DNA from: Longimicrobiales bacterium
GTDB lineage: Bacteria > Gemmatimonadota > Gemmatimonadetes > Longimicrobiales > Gaopeijiaceae
Reading direction: 5' to 3'
Assembly: GCA_965116905.1 (NCBI GenBank)
Contig: OZ220732.1
Coordinates: 1,088,001-1,152,000, forward strand
DNA length: 64,000 nucleotides
Position numbers and translations under genes: made by a program. Position 1 is the stretch's first letter. Every line of letters begins with the position of its first letter. Below the pieces are notes generated by a model. That model was not told the origin of the DNA and searched no databases. It saw only the letters and a program-made list of their open reading frames with translations. This document shows, one piece after another, positions 8,296 to 17,654 of this stretch.

Positions 8296-9567
8296 CTACA
8301 CCATTCCCACCAGCACCCCGAGCAGCCGGTCGACGTCGCTCCGGTTGTTAAACATCCCGACGGCTGCCCGCAGCAAGTCCCCTTCTTCCTGGAAGGTGAT
8401 CGAGACGCCGGCTTCGGCGAGTGCCGGGCCCAGCCGCTCCGGGTCCAACCCGTGATAGAAGCTGACGATGGCGGACGGATTGTCCGGTGGCGTGAACATC
8501 CGCATTCCCAGCGCCTCGGCGCCCGCGCGCAGCTCGCCGGCCAACGCGTGCGTATGCGACGCGATACGGTCTATTCCCACACCCTCCAGAAACTCCAGGG
8601 CGGCAGCCATTGCCGCCACCGGGCCATAAGCCGGATTCGCGTACTCGAGCTTCTCTGCGCTCGTCTTGAGCCGGAATCGCTGTCCGGGCAGCGTCTCGGC
8701 GACCTGCCTGTGGCCGAATCGGTCGGCGGTCATCCACTCCAGGTGTTCGGCGCGAACGTAGAACGGCGCGCACCCGAAGTCGGCGTGCAGCCACTTGTAC
8801 CCGTTGCCGCAGGCGAAGTCGACCTTTTCCTCGTGGAGGTTGGTGGGGAAGGTGCCCCAGGCCTGGATCGCGTCGGCGTAGAGGTAGGCGCCGTGGGCGT
8901 GGGCGAGGTCGGCCAGGGGAGGCAGGTCGTAGCGGAAGCCGTTGCGGTTCGACACCCAGGCCACGCTGATCAGACGGGTGCGCCGGTCGGTGTGCGCGGC
9001 AAAGTCATCGACGGACACCGCACCGTCGCGCGACGGGATGATCCGCAGTTCGATCCCGTGCCGGCGTTCCAGCTCCCGGTACAGGACGAATGTGGTCACG
9101 AAGTGCAGTTCGTCCACCACCACGTTGTCGCCCGCCCGCCAGTCGAGCGCACTCGCGATGATGTTCTCGGCGCCGCTCGTCGCATACAGGAACGCGATCT
9201 CGTCCTCATCGGTGCCGAAAAGGCGGGCGAAGCGCGTCCGTGCTGTCGCGATTGCTGCTCGGCCGGACGACGCGTCGCGGCGATACATCTTTCCGTCGGC
9301 GTACGCGTGCAGCGCATCGCGAACCGGGATGGACAGCGGCCCCACCGAGGCCGAGTTGAGGTAGGCGAGTTCTTCCGTGACGGGGAAGCTGGTCCGCACG
9401 CCAAGCGGGTCGTCGTTCGAGCGGCCGGCCGCTCGCGCCGACTGCCCGGGCTCCGATGGCGGTTCACCTGCTGTCGACTCGGCCGTCAGGCCGCGGGTGA
9501 CAGGAAGTGCGGCGAGCCCGGCCGCGGCCGTTCTGCCCAGAAAGCGCCGGCGGTTCAATGACTTCAT
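8296..9567 (-). CDS. Class V PLP-dependent aminotransferase with Tat signal peptide
   Basis: N-terminal 'NRRRFL'; 'YLNSASVGP', 'DAIQAWG', 'NGYKWL' PLP lysine. Confidence 0.85.
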   Translation of the reverse strand: MKSLNRRRFLGRTAAAGLAALPVTRGLTAESTAGEPPSEPGQSARAAGRSNDDPLGVRTSFPVTEELAYLNSASVGPLSIPVRDALHAYADGKMYRRDASSGRAAIATARTRFARLFGTDEDEIAFLYATSGAENIIASALDWRAGDNVVVDELHFVTTFVLYRELERRHGIELRIIPSRDGAVSVDDFAAHTDRRTRLISVAWVSNRNGFRYDLPPLADLAHAHGAYLYADAIQAWGTFPTNLHEEKVDFACGNGYKWLHADFGCAPFYVRAEHLEWMTADRFGHRQVAETLPGQRFRLKTSAEKLEYANPAYGPVAAMAAALEFLEGVGIDRIASHTHALAGELRAGAEALGMRMFTPPDNPSAIVSFYHGLDPERLGPALAEAGVSITFQEEGDLLRAAVGMFNNRSDVDRLLGVLVGMV

Positions 9568-9698
9568 GGATTCCTCCCGGTGTCGGTGCAGGCGCACGAT
9601 TCGGTGCAGGCGCACGATGATGTCGCAGGCTGATCCTAGTGTCGCGGTACGGAGGGGGCCAGACCATCCTCGCTGCCGGGGCCGCTATCTTCGGAGTC

Positions 9699-10595
9699 AT
9701 GAGTTCCTGGCTCCCGTCCCTCGAATCCGAAGCCATCGAGATCATCCGGGAAGGCGTCGCGTCCGCTGCCCGCCCGGTGATGCTTTATTCGATCGGCAAG
9801 GACTCCTCGGTGCTCCTGCACCTGGCGCGCAAGGCCTTTTGGCCCTCGCCGCCCCCCATGCCGATCCTGCACATCGACACAACGTGGAAGTTCCGCGAGA
9901 TGATCGACTTTCGCGACCAGGTTGCTGGCGAGGCCGAGGTGCGACTCATTGTCCACACCAATCGGGAGGGACTCGACGGCGGCGTCACCCCTTTCACCCA
10001 CGCCTCCGACCATTACACCGACGTCATGAAGACGGTGGCGCTGCGCCAGGCCCTCGACGCCGGGCGCTACGACATGGTCTTCGTCGGTGCCCGCCGCGAC
10101 GAAGAGAAGTCACGCGCCAAGGAACGCGTCTTCTCGCTTCGCGGCGCCACCCACCAGTGGGACCCGAAGGCCCAGCGGCCCGAGTTGTGGAACCTCTACA
10201 ACACGCGCCTGCACGCCGGCGAATCGCTCCGCGTTTCCCCGCTGTCCAATTGGAGTGAACCCGACATCTGGCGCTACATCGCCGCCGAGAGGATCCCCAT
10301 TGTCCCGCTCTACTACGCCGCCGAGCGCCCCGTGGTCGAGCGCGACGGCCAGTGGATCATGGTGGACGACGACCGCATGCCGCTGCTTCCCGGCGAGGTA
10401 CCGCAACTGCGCCGCGTACGTTTCCGCACCCTGGGATGCTATCCGCTCACCGCCGCGGTCGAGAGCGACGCCGACACCCTCGACGCGATCATCGCGGAGA
10501 CCCTGGCGGCCAAACGTTCGGAGCGCGAAGGCCGCCTGATCGATCACGACGGTGAAGCCGCGATGGAGCGCAAGAAGCGGGAGGGCTACTTCTGA
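9699..10595 (+). CDS. cysD: Sulfate adenylyltransferase subunit 2
   Basis: '[59 protein letters not shown]'. Confidence 0.97.
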   Translation: MSSWLPSLESEAIEIIREGVASAARPVMLYSIGKDSSVLLHLARKAFWPSPPPMPILHIDTTWKFREMIDFRDQVAGEAEVRLIVHTNREGLDGGVTPFTHASDHYTDVMKTVALRQALDAGRYDMVFVGARRDEEKSRAKERVFSLRGATHQWDPKAQRPELWNLYNTRLHAGESLRVSPLSNWSEPDIWRYIAAERIPIVPLYYAAERPVVERDGQWIMVDDDRMPLLPGEVPQLRRVRFRTLGCYPLTAAVESDADTLDAIIAETLAAKRSEREGRLIDHDGEAAMERKKREGYF

Positions 10596-10629
10596 GGGAT
10601 CCGGCGGGGGAGCGGTCGCCCCGGTTGCA

Positions 10630-12006
10630 CTACCGGGTATAGATGAGCAGCACTCCGGCGGCCCCGCGGGCTCCGTAGAGGACACCGGCCTCGATCGGCG
10701 TGATGAACTGAAGCCTGCGCACGTCCCGCGGATTCAAGTGTTGGAGGAACACGTGGGGGTTCGCGACGGGCCCGTCGTTGACCAGGACCAGGACCATGTT
10801 GCAGCTGGCGGGATCACCGCTGCGCCAGTTCCGACTCATCTCGATACACAGGATCTCCTCGCCCCCCAACCTGGCTTCCTTGATCGATACCCCCGGCGCG
10901 CGGGCCTCTCGCGCAATCCCGGCGAAGTCCATTACCCGGTGCTGGATCGAATCCACCTGCGCTTCCGTCAGCCCCGTGAAACGGGTTCCCGGCGTCGTGA
11001 ACACCGGCTCCTTCCTCCGACCGACGACCACCAGCGGGTCCAGAGCGATGGCTTCCGTGGCAAGCTCGATCTCGAGTCCGAGAGCCTCTCTGCTGAATAC
11101 GGTCAGGGAATCGACGCGCGGAGCGTAACCCAGCAGACTGGTTTCGATGATCTGTTTGCCTGGCGGGACACCGGTGAAGCCGAACACTCCCTTCGCATCG
11201 GTCAGTTGGGAGTGGCCGGATCCGACCAGTTGAACCTGGGCCCCCTGGATAGGCGCTTTCGAAGCGTAGTCGAACACCGTGCCGGTGATGGTTACCGGGT
11301 CCGAGATGTCGATTGCGAAATCCAGAACATGTGAACCCGGCTCCGCGATCTGCACGGGCGTCCCGTCGTTGTTTCCGAACGCAACCGTGACTGAAAGTGG
11401 TTCCGACGCGTCCAGATTGCAGAGCCGGAACTCGCCCGAAGCCTCCGTTACGACTTCACGGACCACGCGCCGCCTTTGCAAGATGCCCGTACGGCTGCCG
11501 AGAGCCCGGACTGTGGCCTGCGGCAGCGGCACACCCGTCAAGGCGTCGGTCACGAAGCCCCCGACGGAGGTCGGGCCTTCTCCGGGCTCCGCTGAACACC
11601 AGGCTGACAAGATGGTCGAGCGCGAGGGGACGGTGAGGGTCACACGCGAGACGGAGTCATTGTCCACAAGCACCCGGGCCGGTACGGCTCCAAGGCCCAG
11701 CTCTGCCAGGCGCTGGTGATAGTACACCACACTGTATTCGCCCTCCGGTACGCCATCGAGCCTGAACCGTCCCTGCTCGTTCGACTCGGCAACCAGAGCT
11801 GTCCCGAAAACGGCAACTCGGGCGTTCGCCAGCGGAGCGGAGGTCGTGCTGTCGAAGACGGAGCCGAGGATGCTGCCGGTCGGGCGCTCCGTATCCTGGC
11901 CCGCTGCCCAGCTCCCAGGCACGCCAGCACACACGACCGCAAGAAGGATGCTCGTGGCGAGACATCGACGGCTGTCGCTGACCGAAGCCATACTCCACGC
12001 GGACAT
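10630..12006 (-). CDS. Secreted protein with carboxypeptidase regulatory-like domains and C-terminal TonB plug-like domain
   Basis: Signal peptide; repeated 'G.V.D..T..PL..A.V' units; C-terminal 'LYGARGAAGVLLIYTR'. Confidence 0.7.
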   Translation of the reverse strand: MSAWSMASVSDSRRCLATSILLAVVCAGVPGSWAAGQDTERPTGSILGSVFDSTTSAPLANARVAVFGTALVAESNEQGRFRLDGVPEGEYSVVYYHQRLAELGLGAVPARVLVDNDSVSRVTLTVPSRSTILSAWCSAEPGEGPTSVGGFVTDALTGVPLPQATVRALGSRTGILQRRRVVREVVTEASGEFRLCNLDASEPLSVTVAFGNNDGTPVQIAEPGSHVLDFAIDISDPVTITGTVFDYASKAPIQGAQVQLVGSGHSQLTDAKGVFGFTGVPPGKQIIETSLLGYAPRVDSLTVFSREALGLEIELATEAIALDPLVVVGRRKEPVFTTPGTRFTGLTEAQVDSIQHRVMDFAGIAREARAPGVSIKEARLGGEEILCIEMSRNWRSGDPASCNMVLVLVNDGPVANPHVFLQHLNPRDVRRLQFITPIEAGVLYGARGAAGVLLIYTR

Positions 12007-12069
12007 TGGACGCCTTCTCCCCCCTCAGTGATAGTCCACGATCTCGACATCACACGGCCCGTCGTCCTG

Positions 12070-12084
12070 TTACGGATTCCGTAA
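12070..12084. promoter_or_regulatory. Perfect palindrome TTACGGA-T-TCCGTAA in divergent promoter region
   Basis: 7-bp perfect arms, AT-rich relative to background. Confidence 0.35.
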
Positions 12085-12203
12085 ACGATAGGGCCGGCCC
12101 GTAGCCGAGTCGAGCACGTTGCGCCACCCTGATCCCATAACTAAACTCCTAGTTGTTGGCGATTCCCGGGTTCCCACCTTCATTCACTCAAGGAGTGTCC
12201 CTT

Positions 12204-13388
12204 ATGACCGCACCCCGCCTGACGCGCGCCACATTCCTGGCCCTGGCCGCCCTGAGCTGCGGCATCACGGCGGTTTCCCGGTTGGTGGCCCAGACCATCG
12301 TGGAGAGCGATTCCCCTCGAGAAGCGGACCTCGTGCTCGCCGACGAGCCGCTGTTGCGGATCGGCATGCTCGACGGCCCCGACGAGTACCTCTTCGGCAA
12401 CATCTCGGGCGCCATCCGGCTCGGGGACGGGAGCGTCGTCGTCGCGGACGAGCAGGGCCGCAATATCCGGATGTTCGACGCGGGCGGGGGGCACCTGTGG
12501 ACCAGTGGACGCGACGGAGAGGGACCGGGCGAGTATCGGGGACTCTGGCTGCTGCGAGGGTGCCCGGGGGCGGCGGTCACGGTATACGATTGGCGAGTCA
12601 AGCGAATCACCGAACTCGACTCGAACGGCAGCGTGGTTTACACACGGGCGTTGCGCGGAACTGACGGACCCGGCCCCTATGGGGCACCCGCATGCTCGCC
12701 GGACGGCGACCTGGTTGTCACAGATTGGCCGGAGGCGGAGGATGGCCTGGCCGTGGGTGAGTTCCGCTGGGAGATGTCGCTGAGCCGGGAGCGAGACGGC
12801 ACCGTGGCCACTCTGCGCTCAGGGATCCCGGGGACGGAACTCTACCACCATGGTGGCGGTATCTCTGGCCCGGTCACGTGGGGGAAGGACATGGCCTTTG
12901 CGGTCACGGCCACCGGCGTGTGGTACGGGTCGGCGGATGACTACCAACTCGAACACGTCGACGGGACCGGCCGCGTCACGCGCCTCGCGCGGTGGAACGG
13001 ACCGGATCTCGAGGTCACTCGCGAGCACCTGGACCGCTACCTTGACTCGCAGATGGCCCGTTTTGGGACGGCTGAGGAGCGCCGAAGCTTCGAGACGGAA
13101 AGGTGGCCGGAGATTCGCGACGGCCTGCCGGAGCGCTTTCCCGCCTTCGCGTCGAAGGGGCTCCTGCCGCTATCGGATGGCAGCGTGTGGGTAGTGCCGC
13201 ACTCCTCGCGAGACCTTGGAGCCGCCGAACTCCACCTGCTGGGTCCGGATGGCACGTGGCTCCATCGCCTCACGATCCCGGCCGGCCGCACCCTCCTCGA
13301 CGCAGGTCCGGGTTGGGTACTGGTGCTTGAGGAGGGCGAGTTCGACGAACAGAGCGTCGCCGTCTACGAGCTGGCGGAAGGCTCCTGA
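12204..13388 (+). CDS. Secreted 6-bladed beta-propeller protein
   Basis: RBS AAGGAG; signal peptide; 'RIGMLDGPDEYLFG..GRDGEGPGEY'; 'GEFDEQSVAVYEL'. Confidence 0.75.
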   Translation: MTAPRLTRATFLALAALSCGITAVSRLVAQTIVESDSPREADLVLADEPLLRIGMLDGPDEYLFGNISGAIRLGDGSVVVADEQGRNIRMFDAGGGHLWTSGRDGEGPGEYRGLWLLRGCPGAAVTVYDWRVKRITELDSNGSVVYTRALRGTDGPGPYGAPACSPDGDLVVTDWPEAEDGLAVGEFRWEMSLSRERDGTVATLRSGIPGTELYHHGGGISGPVTWGKDMAFAVTATGVWYGSADDYQLEHVDGTGRVTRLARWNGPDLEVTREHLDRYLDSQMARFGTAEERRSFETERWPEIRDGLPERFPAFASKGLLPLSDGSVWVVPHSSRDLGAAELHLLGPDGTWLHRLTIPAGRTLLDAGPGWVLVLEEGEFDEQSVAVYELAEGS

Positions 13389-13481
13389 GCAGTGCACGCG
13401 GGTCCTTGGACCCGGAAAGCCAAACGGTTAGGATCAGGCCGTGGTCGTCGAATAGTACCACAACAGGGAGGCCTGGTTCTG

Positions 13482-15305
13482 ATGGCCCCACCGCTGCGTT
13501 TCGTCATCTGCGGCAGCGTGGACGACGGAAAGAGCACGCTCATCGGGCGGATCCTCCATGACTGCGGCGAGGTGTTTACGGACCAGATGGAAGGGGTCGC
13601 AGAGGACTCGCGCCGATACGGCACTCAGGGCGACACAACCGACCTGGCCTTGCTCGTAGACGGCCTGCAGGACGAGCGCGAACAGAGCATCACCATCGAT
13701 GTCGCTTACCGTGCCTTCGAGACCTCCCGGCGCCGCTTCATCGTCGCGGACGCGCCCGGCCACGAGCAGTACACGCGCAACATGGCGACCGGCGCATCCA
13801 CTTCGCGGCTCGCAGTCGTTCTCGTGGATGCCCGCAAAGGGATCCTGCCCCAGACCGCTCGCCACACCCGGATTGCGGCAATGTTCGGGGTGCGGCACAT
13901 CGTCCTGGCGGTCAACAAGATGGACCTGGTCGCGTGGGACCGCGACGCATTCAAGCGCATTGTTTCGGCGTATCGTGTGCTTGCCGAAGAGATCGGCGTC
14001 CCCGAGGCGCCCGCCATTCCCGTTTGCGCGCTTACCGGCGACAACCTGACTCGTCCGTCCGGCTGCAGTCCGTGGTACACCGGCCCGACCCTGCTCGAGC
14101 ACCTGGAGACGGTGGAAGTCGAGCAGCCGGCCGCCACGCATCCCTTCCGCATGCCGGTGCAATACGTGAATCGGCCAGATGCAGGTTTTCGCGGGTACTG
14201 TGGCCGGGTGGTGTCCGGGTCGGTGAAGCCCGGCGACCAGGTTCGCATCTCGCCGGCCGGTACTCCTGCCACGGTGGAATCCATCGTGGCATGGCAGGGC
14301 AGCCGCGAGCGCGCCACAAGGGGCGATTCAACCACGCTCACCCTTCAGCCCGACGTCGACGTCACCCGCGGCGACGTGATCGTGGCGGCGGATCGGCCCC
14401 TCGAGGTGGCGGATCAGTTCCAGGCGAAGATCCTGTGGATGGGTGACGCACCGCTGACCGTGGGCCGTCGCTACCGGCTGAAGCTGCACACCCGTGAAGT
14501 GGGGGCCACCGTCACCCGAATCCGCCACCGGGTCGAGGTGTCCGACGGCAGCCAGCTCGCCGCGCCCCACCTCGACCTCAACGACCTGGGCGTCGTCAAT
14601 CTCGCGACCAGCCGCCCCGTCCCCTTCGCGCCGTTCGACGAGAGCCCCGAACTCGGCGGCTTCATCCTGACCGACCTTGCGACCAATGCAACCGTCGGCG
14701 CCGGAACACTGACCTTCGCGCTCATGCGCGCCGCCAACCTCAAGTGGCAGCACTTCGACGTCGACGGCGAAGTGCGCGCCGAACTCAAGCGACAGCGTCC
14801 CCGGTGCCTCTGGCTGACCGGCCTGTCCGCCTCGGGCAAGTCCACGATCGGCAACCTCCTGGAACGGCACCTCGTGACCGAGGGCCGCCACACCTACCTG
14901 CTGGACGGGGACAACGTGCGCCACGGTCTGAACCGGGACCTGGGGTTCACCGAAACGGACCGCGTCGAGAACATCCGTCGCGTGGCCGAGGTAGCCCGCC
15001 TGATGGTCGACGCCGGCCTGATCGTGATCGTGTCCTTTATCAGCCCGTTCCGGTCCGAGCGCGACTTCGCCCGCAGCCTCTTCGAGCCGGGCGATTTCAT
15101 GGAGATCTTCGTGGACGCGTCGGTCGAGGCGTGCGCCAGACGCGACCCGAAGGGACTCTACGCCAGGGCCAGGAGGGGCGAGATCAGGAACTTCACGGGT
15201 ATCGACAGCCCCTACGAGCGTCCCAAACGGCCGGACGTGCACCTCGACACGGAAAAGCTTTCGCCGGAAGAGTGCGTCGAGATCGTCATGCGGCGCCTGG
15301 CTTGA
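13482..15305 (+). CDS. cysNC: Bifunctional sulfate adenylyltransferase subunit 1 / adenylyl-sulfate kinase
   Basis: 'CGSVDDGKSTLIGR', 'TIDVAYR', 'PGHEQYTRNMATGAS'; APS kinase 'TGLSASGKST..LDGDNVRHGL..FTGIDSPYE'. Confidence 0.97.
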   Translation: MAPPLRFVICGSVDDGKSTLIGRILHDCGEVFTDQMEGVAEDSRRYGTQGDTTDLALLVDGLQDEREQSITIDVAYRAFETSRRRFIVADAPGHEQYTRNMATGASTSRLAVVLVDARKGILPQTARHTRIAAMFGVRHIVLAVNKMDLVAWDRDAFKRIVSAYRVLAEEIGVPEAPAIPVCALTGDNLTRPSGCSPWYTGPTLLEHLETVEVEQPAATHPFRMPVQYVNRPDAGFRGYCGRVVSGSVKPGDQVRISPAGTPATVESIVAWQGSRERATRGDSTTLTLQPDVDVTRGDVIVAADRPLEVADQFQAKILWMGDAPLTVGRRYRLKLHTREVGATVTRIRHRVEVSDGSQLAAPHLDLNDLGVVNLATSRPVPFAPFDESPELGGFILTDLATNATVGAGTLTFALMRAANLKWQHFDVDGEVRAELKRQRPRCLWLTGLSASGKSTIGNLLERHLVTEGRHTYLLDGDNVRHGLNRDLGFTETDRVENIRRVAEVARLMVDAGLIVIVSFISPFRSERDFARSLFEPGDFMEIFVDASVEACARRDPKGLYARARRGEIRNFTGIDSPYERPKRPDVHLDTEKLSPEECVEIVMRRLA

Positions 15306-15381
15306 GCGACCGGCCACGGGTTACAATGGCGACCCCGACAATGCGGGACGAATTCCAGCCCCTGGCCACGAGGCGGGCGCG

Positions 15382-16047
15382 ATGCCGGAGACACGCAGGT
15401 CGTTCCTGAAGCAGTCGGCGGCGACTGTGGCCGCCGCGTCGGTAGCGGGCTGCGCGCCCGACGGAGACAGCACTCGCGGCGCGGACATTGCGGGCGCCTC
15501 ACGGGCGGCCGGATCCGGCTCCGTACCCGTCCCCCTTCCCGCCCACACCCTCCGCGCCGTTGCCGAAGCTGTCCTCCCCGCCGAGCTCGGCGATGAGGGC
15601 CGCGAACGCACCGTAGCCGCGTTCGAGAGGTGGTCCGACGGGCTGGAGCCGGTCGTGGAGTTGAGCCACCCGTACCTCGTACCCGAAACGCGCTACTCTG
15701 GCCCGGACCCCAGGCCGGGATGGGCCGCGCAGCTCCAGGGCCTCGAAAAGGAGTGCCACGCCCGCCACGGCATCCCGCTGGCCGACCTCGACATTGCCAG
15801 TCGCAGGAAACTGCTGACGCGCGGCGTCGGGCAGGCCGGACCGGGCCTCGGATCGCCCGCGAATGCGGATCACATAGCCATCGCACTCGTCGCGCACTTC
15901 TTCGCCTCGCCGGTCGCGACCGACATGTGCTACCGCCGTACCATCGCCAAGCAGCAGTGCCGGGGGCTGGAAGGGGCGCCGGCGGAACCGCTTCGGGCGA
16001 CCGGCGGGGCGCCGGCCGAACCCGCCACGCTCGGAGCCGCCCCGTGA
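15382..16047 (+). CDS. Tat-signal small subunit of GMC dehydrogenase (gluconate 2-dehydrogenase subunit 3-like)
   Basis: 'TRRSFLK' Tat motif, lipobox-like 'VAGC'; GTGA overlap with the GMC gene. Confidence 0.65.
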   Translation: MPETRRSFLKQSAATVAAASVAGCAPDGDSTRGADIAGASRAAGSGSVPVPLPAHTLRAVAEAVLPAELGDEGRERTVAAFERWSDGLEPVVELSHPYLVPETRYSGPDPRPGWAAQLQGLEKECHARHGIPLADLDIASRRKLLTRGVGQAGPGLGSPANADHIAIALVAHFFASPVATDMCYRRTIAKQQCRGLEGAPAEPLRATGGAPAEPATLGAAP

Positions 16048-17636
16048 CCCGCGTCATCGAGAGCGACGTCTGCATCATCGGGGCGGGAATCACCGCCGCG
16101 ATGGTCGCCGAACGGCTCGCGGAACGCACCAGCGCGTCCATCACCATCGTGGAGGCCGGCGGCCGCACCGCGTCCCTCGAAGAGCGCACCAACACCCGCG
16201 CCCGCATGTTGGCCTACGGCGAGAACCCCTACCCGAACGACCACATCCCCGACCAGACCGGCACGGGCGAGATGTACCGCCAGATGGTCGTGGGCGGCTC
16301 GGCCATGCACTGGGGCGGAGCGATCCCGCGCTACTCCCCGGAAGACTTCCGCCTCCGGTCCCTTTACGGCGTCGGCTTCGACTGGCCCATCACCTTCGAC
16401 GACCTGGAGCCGTACTACCAGGAAGCCGAGGAACGCATCGGCGCGGCGGGCGAACAGGGCCCTCCCGATTGCGACCCGCGTTCCAAACCCTACCCCATGC
16501 CGCCGCTTCCGCTGTCGTACAACCTTGCGCGCATGCGCGAGTGGACCGAGCGGGCGGAAGTCCCCTTCTGGACACAGCCCTGGGCGCGCAACACCGAACC
16601 GTACCGCGGCCGCAACGTCTGTCAGCGCTGCGACACCTGCGCCGTGTGCCCGACCGGAGCCAAGTACACCCCCGACTTCGCCCTCGACCGCCTGCTGGCG
16701 GAGAACCGCATCGACCTCATCCCCCGCACGCTGGTCCGCCGCCTCACCCTCGAGCCCGGCACCGACCGGATCGCCGTCGCCGAGGCCATGAATCGCGACG
16801 CTCCCGACGAGCCCGTCGAGTTCCGCGCCGGCACGTTCGTGATCGCCGGGGGTCACGCCTGGAGCTCGCACCTGCTCCTGCTGTCGGCCAACAGCCGCTT
16901 CCCCGACGGACTCGCCAACCGCACCGGAAACGTGGGCCGCTACATGACCGGCCACTGGTTCGTCAGCGGCTACATCGACCTGCCGATGCGCCTCTACCCC
17001 GGCATCTTCGCCAACAACAGCCTGCTTTCCCACCGGTTCGCGAGCCCCGGGCCGCTCGATCGCTACGTGCGGCACGATATCCGCCTGTGGGAGTCGGATG
17101 TGGGACGAGCCCCGCGTCTCCGAAACGGCGACGGCCGCCTCCTGTGGGGAGACGAGGTCATGGCAGACTGGCGTGAGCGCGTCGAATCGGGCGCGACCGC
17201 CCGTATCCGCGCGTACTACGACGTGCTGCCCGACCGCGACAGCCGCCTGACCCTCGACGGCACGAACACGAACGCCCACGGCGACCCCATGCCGCGCATC
17301 GACTATCGCCCTGACCCGGCCACACTCGACCTCGAAGACCACACCCACGCCACGATCCTGGGCCGCTTCGAACACCTCGCGCGCACCGACGGCGGATCGA
17401 TCATGAGCACGCGGTCGTCCCGCCTCTACGAGCACCCGGGAGGCGGCTGCCGCATGGGCGACGACCCCGAAACGAGCGTGGTGGACCGCTGGGGCCGCAC
17501 CCACGACCACGAGAACCTGTTCGTGGTGGGCGCACCGACGATCGTGTCGAGCGGCTGTGCCAACGGCACGCTCACCTTCTGCGCACTGTCGCTGATGTCG
17601 GCGGAGGAGATCGGGAAGGGGCTGGACCGGACTTAG
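16044..17636 (+). CDS. GMC family FAD oxidoreductase with Cys-rich Fe-S motif
   Basis: 'DVCIIGAGIT', 'VGGSAMHWGG', 'CQRCDTCAVCPTGAK', 'HPGGGCRMG..HENLFVVG..NGTLT'. Confidence 0.9.
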   Translation: MTRVIESDVCIIGAGITAAMVAERLAERTSASITIVEAGGRTASLEERTNTRARMLAYGENPYPNDHIPDQTGTGEMYRQMVVGGSAMHWGGAIPRYSPEDFRLRSLYGVGFDWPITFDDLEPYYQEAEERIGAAGEQGPPDCDPRSKPYPMPPLPLSYNLARMREWTERAEVPFWTQPWARNTEPYRGRNVCQRCDTCAVCPTGAKYTPDFALDRLLAENRIDLIPRTLVRRLTLEPGTDRIAVAEAMNRDAPDEPVEFRAGTFVIAGGHAWSSHLLLLSANSRFPDGLANRTGNVGRYMTGHWFVSGYIDLPMRLYPGIFANNSLLSHRFASPGPLDRYVRHDIRLWESDVGRAPRLRNGDGRLLWGDEVMADWRERVESGATARIRAYYDVLPDRDSRLTLDGTNTNAHGDPMPRIDYRPDPATLDLEDHTHATILGRFEHLARTDGGSIMSTRSSRLYEHPGGGCRMGDDPETSVVDRWGRTHDHENLFVVGAPTIVSSGCANGTLTFCALSLMSAEEIGKGLDRT

Positions 17637-17654
17637 TCCACTGGACTTAGTCTG

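Noticed and set aside
8296..9567. Cysteine desulfurase (IscS/SufS)
   Set aside because: The catalytic Cys loop is absent and a Tat signal is present.
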